64,000 nucleotides of DNA from Pseudomonadota bacterium (GTDB taxonomy: Bacteria > Pseudomonadota > Alphaproteobacteria > Sphingomonadales > Sphingomonadaceae). Shown one piece after another: positions 11,343-19,599 of this stretch; positions within the stretch are counted from its first letter, which is position 1; every line of letters starts with the position of its first letter. The notes under the pieces are model-generated. The model made no database searches, was not told where the DNA came from, and was given only the letters and a program-made list of their open reading frames with translations. The position numbers and the translations under genes were made by a program. The stretch lies in the NCBI GenBank assembly GCA_038534015.1, contig JBCAXQ010000001.1, positions 30,572 to 94,571 of the forward strand, in the 5' to 3' direction.

Positions 11343-11376
11343 CCGCGCCGCCCCAAAGGGCGGCGCGGGAATTTTC
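11343..11376. terminator. GC hairpin between convergent ficT and parB-like genes
   Basis: 11-bp stem CCGCGCCGCCC-caaa-GGGCGGCGCGG followed by a short T run. Confidence 0.6.
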
Positions 11377-12841
11377 TTCCCCTAAAACGAGAAGCCGTTC
11401 CCAACCATCAGGCGAAGACAATCGGGAACGGCATGTGGTGCCCTATGCTGCAGTGTCGATTTCGTCGCCCGCCTCGGCGTCATCCGGCAACGGCAGTCCA
11501 CTGCGCTCGGTATAGCCCTGCATGGGGAAGGCGATGTAGCGCGGCTGCCAGAGCGGGTCTTCGGCGGTCCGAGTTCCATCCAGACAGGCTTTGATGATGG
11601 CCTTCTGGGTCTTGGCGGTGGCGGTGAGGTTCTGAGCGGCGACGTCAGCGCCTGCGATCTCGCCGACCATGGCTCCCAGAGCCTCCTTGTCGCGGCAGAG
11701 ATCGAAGAAAGCCTCATCGGGCTGCCAGTCGTCCATTAGGGTGACCTCCATCTCGGTGCCGAGCGCGTCGATGAGCTCCGCCTCTTCGGGCAGGCATTCG
11801 GCAGTCACGAAGCTGAGGATGCAGAGTACCTCGTCGTCGGTGAGGGTTTTGAGCGCCGCGAAGATCACCCCGAACTCGCGAACCACGCCCCAATCCCCTT
11901 TGCACGGGACAACGGTCTCGCCCTCCCCAAGCTCCAGTCCCAGAAGGGCGGCGACCGTGGCCCGTTCTTCGGCAAAGCGCTGTTCGGCCTTATTGGTGGC
12001 TAGGCTCTCGGCGGTGGCATCCTTCGCGGCCTTCTGCGCTGCGGCCTCGACCGACCAGAGGGCGGAGCCTGCAATGATCTGGGCCACCGCGAGGCGCAGG
12101 GCGAGGCCGTGGTTGCCGACCAGTGTTTGACGCACGCTCGCATGGCGGTGCAGATCGATGTAGTTGCGAAGCGGGCCGCTCAGTTCGGGCTTTGGGGGTT
12201 TGCCGGAGGTGTCGTCTCCTGCCGCCTTCGCCTGCGCCTCGCCACGGGTGAGATACCCTTCATGGAAGGTGACCTCACCGTTGCGGGCGATCTGGACAAA
12301 GACCTTGCCACCCTCTTCCTTGGCGGTCTCGGCGTGGTCCCACGCATGGAAGTACTCACCCGTCTCCAGCATGGTGACCGCCGCCCAGCCGTCTGCGAGA
12401 TAGGTCTCGCGCTCGGCGGCGATGGCGGCATTCTGTTGCGCCCAGAACGCTTCTGGGTCGACGAAGTAGCGATCTTCGGCAAAGAGATCGGAGATGATCG
12501 CACCGTCATACGCGTCCATGTCAAACAACGCGACGTCGGTCTTGATCTGCGCTCCGCCAAAGAGCCAGTCCTTGAGGCGATGGCCTTCAGGGGCGTAGGC
12601 ATCCTCGCTCTGGAAGAGGGTCAGCCAGTCGCGTTGCTGGTCTTTCGTTGCCATGGTCAGCAGACGCACGGTCTGGGGGTGGATGTCCTCGTTTCGGTAG
12701 GCGGTGAGGATGGGGCCGAGCAGATTGGCGATGGCGAGGCGCTGCGTGACCAGCCGTTCGGTGATGCCGAAGCGCGCGGCGATGTCGTCCGGGCAGAGGC
12801 CTTTTTTCACAAGCGCGGCAAAGGCCTTGTACTGGTCGATT

Positions 12842-15117
12842 GTGCGCCAAGGTCGGTGGGTGGGATCCACCGCGGCGCTTCATATCCCTACAGGGTGGAA
12901 GACCCTGTCTCCTCACACGGTGCAGCGTGGGAGGTAAAGCAGACGGATGAGGTAAACCGGGTGTCTCCGGGGAGCCAAACATCAGCAGATTCCGTCAAAG
13001 TCAGTTGCTGGGGGACTTCCACCTCCAAGAGAACTGGCCAGCGAACTCGACATGGAGAGCAATTGCGAACCGATGATTGAAGCCCCGGTAGAGTACAAAC
13101 AGCACCAAACTGGAAGTGGGTGCTGCGGCGTCCAGATTATCTGGCCGCTGGTGAAGCGCTGGACTGCGCTGGTTGATCGCAGTCCGGGGACAACCATAAC
13201 ACGTGGTGGTCAGCCGATGGCTATATCTGCAATGGCCACGGGCCGGAGTTCACACGGGGTAAAGTCGGCTCCTAATCCGAGTGAAGGGAGACGAAGTGAA
13301 CTTGGGAACCTTTCCATGACCTCCGTGCCCGTGCGGGTGTGGATGATCGAGACGACCGATGATCGTCATGGAAGGGGGCGGAGCCCTCGTAGTAGTCCGA
13401 GAGCGGGAAAGCCGCTTACATGGCAAAGGGGGGCAGTGAGTACAGCATGCTGGCAGGAGGTGGGCAGATGCCCGGCACGGTGAATACCGAGTTCATCCTC
13501 GACATGCAGCGCAAGCTGTACAGATGGAGTCTGGCGGACCTCACGAAGGTCCATAAGGACTTGTTCAATGTGATATGCGACCGCAGGACACTTGAATATG
13601 CTTGGCTACGGCTTGCCCGTAAAGCGGGTAGCAATACTCCAGGCACAGATGGCGTCACACGTCGCAGGATCGAAGAGCGGCCCGGCGGGGTTCTGCAATT
13701 TCTGGAGGACATCCGAAAGGAAATGAGAACAGGAACATACGCACCGGAACCTGTACGGGAGAGGCTAATACCAAAGCCCGGCAGACCGGGGCAGTTCCGA
13801 CCGCTAGGCATTCCCACGCTTAGAGATCGCTTGGTGCAATCTGCACTCAAACTTGTGCTGGAGCCGATTTTCGAGCCGGACTTCTATCCGACCTCGTTCG
13901 GTTTCCGACCGGGGCGAAGCACGCATGATGCTCTGGCTACCATTCAATGGCAGCTGCACTCGACACGGGCGGGCCGTTCATCGGTACGTTATGTGATCGA
14001 AGGGGACATCAAGGGCTGCTTCGATGCCATCGACCACCATCTGCTTATGGATCGCGTCCGACTCAGAATCGGAGACCGCAAGGTCCTCGCTTTGATCCAC
14101 GCCTTCCTGAAAGCGGGGATCATGGCCGAGGGCACCATCCGCAATACGACCGTCGGAACTCCGCAAGGCGGGGTGATATCGCCACTATTGGCGAACACTG
14201 CCCTCACTGTGATCGACGAACGCTATGGCAGGTGGACACCCGTGCCCAGAGACAAGAATCGACGGGCGGTACATCAACGATCCCGTGATCGGAAACGTGG
14301 ATGTCCGACCTTCTTTGTCGTTCGTTATGCGGATGACTTTGTCGTGCTTGTCTCGGGGGCAAGGGAGGATGCAGAAGCGGAACGCACCGCCCTTGCGCAA
14401 TTCCTGAAGGAAATGCGCATGGAGCTCTCAATGGAGAAGACCAAGATTACGGCGGTCGAAGAAGGCTTCTTCTTCCTCGGCTACTGGGTTGTGGAGGCAC
14501 CGGCGGCGCATGCTGCCCGCCCGGTGGGAAAACTTCTTATTCCCACCGATAAGGTGCAAACTGTCCGCAGCCGGATTAAGGATCTGACGACGCGAGCGAC
14601 GACCTACCAGTCGTTGGCATCGCTCCTGAAGAAGCTCAATCCGATGATTGCCGGTTGGCGATCATACTACCGCTATGCCGTTGGCGCTTCCCGCGAGTTC
14701 AACAAACTGGACTGGTGGCTGTGGCAACGGATCCTGCGCTGGCTTCGCAAGAAATACCCAAAATCATCCATGCATGAGTTGCGTCGCCGCTTTGCCGGTA
14801 CGCAGCCTTCAACACGATGGCGATGGGGCGAAGGAAAGGTCAGGATGAGGCGGTTCGGAGACGGTGGTACAAAACGCTACTACCCAAGAGGGGAGAGGAT
14901 CGCGAATGGTTGGAACATCAAGGAAGTCGGTCAAGGACTTCGCGGTTCCGACACGTTCTGGTCCTCATTCAACAGGTTGAACACCACGTAAGTGGCCATC
15001 CCCGGCAGATGCCGGGCACGGAGAGCCGGATGCAGGGAAACTTGCACGTCCGGTTCGGGGAGAGGGATGACGAAACCAGCAGCGGCAATGCTGTCAGGCG
15101 CGTCATCTCTACTCTAC
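12842..15117 (+). mobile_element. Group II intron (about 2276 nt, IIB-like with EBS1/EBS2)
   Basis: 5' GTGCG; domain V 15023-15056 with AGC triad and GAAA loop; domain VI ending ...CTCTAC; exact removal restores the host ORF. Confidence 0.95.
13468..14991 (+). CDS. ltrA: Group II intron reverse transcriptase/maturase (RT + X, no recognisable HNH endonuclease)
   Basis: TPGTDG, RPLGIPTLRDR, SFGFRPGRS, GDIKGCFD, PQGGVISP, RYADD and X domain (LNPMIAGWRSYY); GGAGG RBS. Confidence 0.93.
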   Translation: MPGTVNTEFILDMQRKLYRWSLADLTKVHKDLFNVICDRRTLEYAWLRLARKAGSNTPGTDGVTRRRIEERPGGVLQFLEDIRKEMRTGTYAPEPVRERLIPKPGRPGQFRPLGIPTLRDRLVQSALKLVLEPIFEPDFYPTSFGFRPGRSTHDALATIQWQLHSTRAGRSSVRYVIEGDIKGCFDAIDHHLLMDRVRLRIGDRKVLALIHAFLKAGIMAEGTIRNTTVGTPQGGVISPLLANTALTVIDERYGRWTPVPRDKNRRAVHQRSRDRKRGCPTFFVVRYADDFVVLVSGAREDAEAERTALAQFLKEMRMELSMEKTKITAVEEGFFFLGYWVVEAPAAHAARPVGKLLIPTDKVQTVRSRIKDLTTRATTYQSLASLLKKLNPMIAGWRSYYRYAVGASREFNKLDWWLWQRILRWLRKKYPKSSMHELRRRFAGTQPSTRWRWGEGKVRMRRFGDGGTKRYYPRGERIANGWNIKEVGQGLRGSDTFWSSFNRLNTT

Positions 15118-15517
15118 TCGTCCATGGGCAGGCGAGCGACATTCTCGGCGAGCGAGGCCTCGATGGCGTGCGCATCGTCGCCGTCCGTCATGACGAGGCA
15201 CGGCACAGGCTCGGCGCTTCCGTCTTCTTCGGCGATGGCGCAGAGCGCGTGATAGCGCCGCTGCCCGGCGACGATCTCGAAGCCGTCGCCTGCAGGACGT
15301 ACCAGCAGGGGCTGCAAGAGCCCAAGGGCGCGGATGCTCGGCACCAGATCGCCGATATCCTTGGCGCCGCGTTTGCGCACGTTCACTTTGGCGGGGATGA
15401 GGGTGTTGAGGTCAATGTGTTGTAGTTTCATGGGGTTCTCCTGAGGTTGAGGGTGAGCGGTGCGGAAGGGCACCCCCAAACCTTGGCCGCGCCAAAGCTT
15501 GGGGGTGGCCTCCCGCC

Positions 15518-16024
15518 TCAGGAGGCGCGGTAGACCAGATGCTCGCCTGCGATCTCAGTCGCGGTGTACTCAACCGCGAGATCACGGGCGAAGGCGTCAT
15601 AGTCGAAGTAAAACCGCAGGGTCTCGGGGATGTCGCCGAGTATGCCCTCCTCGACGAGCTGCTCGGCGAGTTCGCGGAGGCTGGCAACAAAGTAGACATC
15701 GATGCCGTAGTGATCGGGCGAGACGTCGGGGTCGAAGTCGTAACCACACTCACCGACCGCGATGATGACGAGGGTTTTCTCCCAGTCTTCCCACGCCTCC
15801 ACGCAGTCGAAGAAGCTTGTGAGGTTCGCCTGCGACAGGTGAACCGCACGGGCGAGCGCCGCGTCGATTGCCTCCCCGTCCATAAACTGGATTTCGAACT
15901 CCTCGACCGGAGCGCCGAAGCTGTTCCGGCAGGACACCACCTTGGTCGCGTAGTCGTCGGCGCTCTCGAAGTAGAAGCCCGTGGCTGAGATATCGTAGGG
16001 TTGGGCATAAAGTACTGTTTTCAT
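15518..16024 (-). CDS. ardA: Antirestriction protein ArdA
   Basis: Highly acidic 168-aa protein with LYAQPYDISATGFYF start and YFDYDAFARDL C-terminal signature. Confidence 0.88.
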   Translation of the reverse strand: MKTVLYAQPYDISATGFYFESADDYATKVVSCRNSFGAPVEEFEIQFMDGEAIDAALARAVHLSQANLTSFFDCVEAWEDWEKTLVIIAVGECGYDFDPDVSPDHYGIDVYFVASLRELAEQLVEEGILGDIPETLRFYFDYDAFARDLAVEYTATEIAGEHLVYRAS

Positions 16025-16034
16025 GGTTTTGTTT

Positions 16035-16291
16035 CCTTGGTCTTTGACGGTTGAGCGCAGCGAACACCTCTCCGCGCTTGAACCTCTGCCCAGCGGCGAG
16101 CGACCGGAAAAACCAAGGAGAAGACCCCACCCGCAGGGGCATGACACCCGGGGCGAGGTCAAAGTCCGGGGATGGGTCAGCAGGTTTTGTGGGGGACCGC
16201 TTAGAGGGCTCCGGAAATCGCGCACGATTTCCGGCGAAGCCCTCTTGCGGGTAAAACCTGTTGACCCACAGCATCGCGTCCCCGGATTTGA
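16035..16291. promoter_or_regulatory. Two long imperfect hairpins upstream of ardA (candidate ssDNA promoter)
   Basis: Nested inverted arms centred on CCGGAAATCG-cgca-CGATTTCCGG (16211-16234), extending 16158-16291; second stem CCTTGGT/ACCAAGG at 16035-16118. Confidence 0.55.
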
Positions 16292-16526
16292 TGTAAGCTG
16301 GTCCGAAGGTTCCAAGCGTGCACCCCTGCACGCGCCACCAAAGGCTCGAGCGGCTTGCCGCTCACCGCCTACTAATTCGCGCCAGGGATGGCAGCCCGGA
16401 GGGCCGAGACGAGCACCGCGCAGGCTCGGTTCACAACAGCCCGGCCCGCCAGGGGGCGCCCACAAACCGCTCAAACAACTCTCGAGACTACGCTATCCTG
16501 AACTGCCATACGCGGAGCCGGAACGC

Positions 16527-16835
16527 ATGATCATCGCCATCACCGTCAACTGCCCGACAGAGGAGATCGCTGACGCGATCGCCGAAGATCTCGTCACCCG
16601 CCGCCTGGTCGCCGCGGCAAACCGCTACCCCGAGATCCGCAGCCGCTATGTCTGGCAGGGCAAGCTGGAGACAGCGAGCGAATTCCCGCTGATCCTCAAG
16701 ACCCGCCGTGACCTGTTCGACGCTGTCGCCGAGGCTGTGCGGGAGCTACACCCCTATGTCACCCCCAGCATCGTCGCGACGGAAATCGTGGAAGCAAACG
16801 CCGAGTACGCCCGTTGGGTGTCGGACAATACGTAG
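16527..16835 (+). CDS. cutA: Divalent-cation tolerance protein CutA
   Basis: S.YVWQGKLE..E..LILKT...LHPYVTPSI signature. Confidence 0.88.
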   Translation: MIIAITVNCPTEEIADAIAEDLVTRRLVAAANRYPEIRSRYVWQGKLETASEFPLILKTRRDLFDAVAEAVRELHPYVTPSIVATEIVEANAEYARWVSDNT

Positions 16836-16849
16836 GGCGACTGAGGAGT

Positions 16850-16914
16850 TGGCGGGAACCTGACCTTCGCTGCGAAAGCAAAGACGAAGCTTAAGACTGA
16901 CGAAAGCAGACCTT
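16850..16914 (-). repeat. 65-bp dual half-site repeat, inverted variant
   Basis: Minus strand reads AAGGTCTG at position 1 and AAGGTCAG at position 48, the same 47-bp spacing as the plus-strand copies; the centre differs. Confidence 0.5.
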
Positions 16915-16956
16915 AGATGTCCAGAAAGAATGCTCTGTTTCCTGTGAGCGTTGACG

Positions 16957-18090
16957 CTAGGCGTCGACGGTAAATTCGACCTTGCGCTTGACCTTCACCA
17001 ACGAAGTTCGTTGCGGAATCATCTTGTGGTGTTGGAGACGGGTAAGCAGCAGCCCAGGAGGCACATTCTGTTGGCTTGCAAAGCGTTTGAAGGTCTGCGC
17101 TTTCATAGTGGTGACATGATGGCCAAACGTCGACGCAAAGGCCTCTAAAACACTCGATGGAACCAATATCTCAGCTGAGAACTGATCGGCTTCCGCCTCA
17201 ATGTCTCTTTCTCCAGTTCCCTCTTCTTCTTGATCGATGAACACAGCTTTTTTGCTGTGTTCTAGTATGTGACAGGCTTCGTGAAAAAAGGCGAACCAAA
17301 CATTTGCTTCACGCTTTAGCCGATCACTCAAAACTATGACCGCCTTGTCTTTCCTGGCCCAATACGCTGCTCCTCGCAGACCGGTGTTCGAGACCATGGG
17401 CACAAGTGCGACCGCTACGCCAACTTCTGCGCACTCAGCTACCAACCGATCAGAAATTGCATCCCAGTTTTGAAGCGACATCTCGCGAAGCTCGGACAGC
17501 TTACTTCTGAATTTCTGTTCCGAGTATGGCTTGGTTTCAATCCAATCAGACACTACTTCTGCGCAACGGAGCCAAACTGCGACAGCATACGGATCAATTT
17601 TATTGTGATCTTGTTGCTTAAACCTAGAAAGATCCAATCGCTTTTGCCAGTACTCGTCCCACGCGGAGATACTGCTCACGCCGAACGCTCGGAGCACGGC
17701 TTCGACCATCTCAGACGCGTCGGGTTTCGCGCTCAGAAGTTTTAACTTGAGCATTTCGGCAACGGGAAACTTCCGCGCCCAAGTGATTGCATCTTTAGAA
17801 GTTGTCAACGCTGTTTCGCGATCGCGAGCCCTCGACAGTTGGTGGCTGGATTCCAATGCCAGCCAGAACGCCGCGCTCTCCCCCAATACCCGTTCAAACT
17901 GAACCGCTGTTTCTGGGGTGATAGCCACCTTTCCTGAAATGATCTCACTAATAGTTTTTGTGGGGCGCCCTGTTCGTCTGGCAAAGTCGACAATCTTGAC
18001 ACCGCGAGCGTCGAGGAATCTTCGCAAGTGTTCTCCGGGTGATCGCGGCCCATAGTCTGGATTGAACAACCGAGCCCCAAGGTCTGTCAT
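16957..18090 (-). CDS. HigA-like XRE HTH fused to an ImmA/IrrE metallopeptidase
   Basis: SPGEHL...TISEIISGKVAITPETA...FWLALE HTH; FAFFHEACH (HExxH) and E.EADQFS. Confidence 0.9.
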   Translation of the reverse strand: MTDLGARLFNPDYGPRSPGEHLRRFLDARGVKIVDFARRTGRPTKTISEIISGKVAITPETAVQFERVLGESAAFWLALESSHQLSRARDRETALTTSKDAITWARKFPVAEMLKLKLLSAKPDASEMVEAVLRAFGVSSISAWDEYWQKRLDLSRFKQQDHNKIDPYAVAVWLRCAEVVSDWIETKPYSEQKFRSKLSELREMSLQNWDAISDRLVAECAEVGVAVALVPMVSNTGLRGAAYWARKDKAVIVLSDRLKREANVWFAFFHEACHILEHSKKAVFIDQEEEGTGERDIEAEADQFSAEILVPSSVLEAFASTFGHHVTTMKAQTFKRFASQQNVPPGLLLTRLQHHKMIPQRTSLVKVKRKVEFTVDA

Positions 18091-18404
18091 ACTTTTCCTC
18101 CCACAGAAATGACGCTCACACTACGAATGTCGGCCAAGACTTGATCTATTCCTTTCGTTGTCGGTCGAAACAAAATTTGGCCCGTTCCGGCCTTGCCGAC
18201 TGTAAACAAGGGGCTGTCCTGTGCGGGGACTTGATCACGCAATATGGGTGGCGATCTAGTCAGATCAGCGAGTGATGGTGCGGCATCAAGGTAATACAGA
18301 AGGTCTTTGACGTTCTCCGCAGCATCTTCTCCGAGTGCACGAACCAACTGATACCCGCTGTTGCACAAGTCCCCTACGGACCGGGACTCAAACCCCACCT
18401 GCAT
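18087..18404 (-). CDS. Degenerate HigB/RelE-like partner
   Basis: 105 aa; F....DLCN...RALG...L.YLDAA.SLADL pattern; stop overlaps the HigA-IrrE start; lacks the C-terminal DYH. Confidence 0.55.
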   Translation of the reverse strand: MQVGFESRSVGDLCNSGYQLVRALGEDAAENVKDLLYYLDAAPSLADLTRSPPILRDQVPAQDSPLFTVGKAGTGQILFRPTTKGIDQVLADIRSVSVISVGGKV

Positions 18405-18445
18405 CCAAAAGCCTCTGAGCGTCATGGTGGTTATCCACCTTTTTC

Positions 18446-18567
18446 CATAACGGTGTATGTAGCGGAAATACATCAGCAAGTCAAAAGTAAAACATAACAC
18501 TAAAGGTTATGGAAAAAGATTGACAGAATCATGATGATGGTGAAAATCCGTAACGGCAAACGTTATG
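18446..18567. promoter_or_regulatory. Divergent promoter with three CATAAC-N7-GTTATG-type palindromic operators
   Basis: 18493-18511 is perfect, 18549-18567 has one mismatch and 18446-18464 has a degenerate right half; TTGACA at 18520-18525. Confidence 0.65.
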
Positions 18568-18582
18568 AAAAGGATTTTTGCT

Positions 18583-18768
18583 ATGTCTGAAACCTGCACG
18601 GCCTTCGGCGACAAGTGGGAAATCTATCGCGACAACTCGAGCAACTGGCGCTGGCGGCGAACGGCCTCCAACGGCCGCATCGTTGGTGCATCCAGTGAAG
18701 GTTACACGAACAAAAGCGATTGCATCTCGAATGCGAAGCGCAACGGCATGACATGTACGCCTGTCTAA
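18583..18768 (+). CDS. YegP/DUF1508 family protein
   Basis: WEIYRD...WRWR..ASNGRIVGASSEGYTNKSDC signature. Confidence 0.88.
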   Translation: MSETCTAFGDKWEIYRDNSSNWRWRRTASNGRIVGASSEGYTNKSDCISNAKRNGMTCTPV

Positions 18769-18773
18769 AATAG

Positions 18774-18798
18774 CCACGCAGCCTTCTTGGCTGCGTGG
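18774..18798. other. Perfect 10-bp stem-loop after the yegP-like gene
   Basis: CCACGCAGCC-ttctt-GGCTGCGTGG with no strong U tract. Confidence 0.55.
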
Positions 18799-18860
18799 TG
18801 CCCATTTCAATTTACTTCAGTCGACACCATGATAGGACGAAGCTACGGAAGGACCGAATT

Positions 18861-19529
18861 GTGCCCGCGAAGCAAAAGACAGATTTTCTGAGAGGGCTGG
18901 TGCTATTCAATCCCAGAATCTACCCGCCCAATACTTCCCAAAACAAAGACCGTATCGCGGGAAAGATCGCAGATTATGACGCCGCCGATGGAGGGCGTTG
19001 GAACTATGACGACTTCTACCGTGTAGTCGTGCATGTCTTGAAGGGCGCATCATTTGACCAGGCAATATCTCATCTCAGAAGCTTGGAAGGTGCTGGAGAG
19101 GCAGCCGCAAAGACTGGCCTTCTTGCGTTCATTGATAAGCACATGGATTTGAGACGGTCGGAGTTTGTGGAGTCCGGCCCGCGGCATTTTAAGGTGGATG
19201 CCCATACAAAAGCTACGATCGCTCCAGACTTTGCCTGTAGGCGTGATGGGGTCATCTACCACGCATTTGTTTATCCCAAGCGAGAACCTGCACTGAGTCA
19301 GCTGCAAAGAGACATGGTCAAATCGCTGATGTCGAAACCGTTCTCCAATGACACAGATGATTACGTTCTTTGTTTGATCGAGTATCCGGCAATCGGGGGA
19401 AAGCGGGTGGGTCGCTACGAGGAGTTCCCATTTGGATACCATAGTGCTTCCGAGGACTTCTTTGCACATATGTCAGACTTCTATGGCGAGCTATCAAACA
19501 GCAGAGGTGGTCAGGGTACTTTGATTTGA
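18861..19529 (+). CDS. Hypothetical protein
   Basis: About 222 aa; AAGGA RBS before GTG 18861; co-oriented between the yegP-like gene and the OLD nuclease. Confidence 0.7.
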   Translation: MPAKQKTDFLRGLVLFNPRIYPPNTSQNKDRIAGKIADYDAADGGRWNYDDFYRVVVHVLKGASFDQAISHLRSLEGAGEAAAKTGLLAFIDKHMDLRRSEFVESGPRHFKVDAHTKATIAPDFACRRDGVIYHAFVYPKREPALSQLQRDMVKSLMSKPFSNDTDDYVLCLIEYPAIGGKRVGRYEEFPFGYHSASEDFFAHMSDFYGELSNSRGGQGTLI

Positions 19530-19599
19530 TTGAGTGGGCGACGCGCGCCATGAAGTCAGGCGAATTCCCGTCTGGAGAGTTGTGGGGAAATCCGACATA

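Larger units (their letters stand above)
11443..15431 (-). pseudogene. ParB/RepB/Spo0J-family gene interrupted by an antisense group II intron
   Basis: The N-part 15431-15118 (NVRK...SIRALGLLQPLLVR...IVAGQRRY...ASLAENVAR) joins 12841-11443 in frame (PMDE-IDQYKAF) when 12842-15117 is removed, giving 570 aa. Confidence 0.9.

Noticed and set aside
13468-14991. RT as a retron, DGR or defence-associated RT
   Set aside because: It has the maturase X domain and sits inside a full intron RNA with GTGCG start, domains V/VI and clean exon junctions.
16023-16526. Long N-terminal extensions of ardA and cutA in the ORF track
   Set aside because: They run through the hairpin region and are low-complexity; family-like sequence starts at 16024 and 16527.
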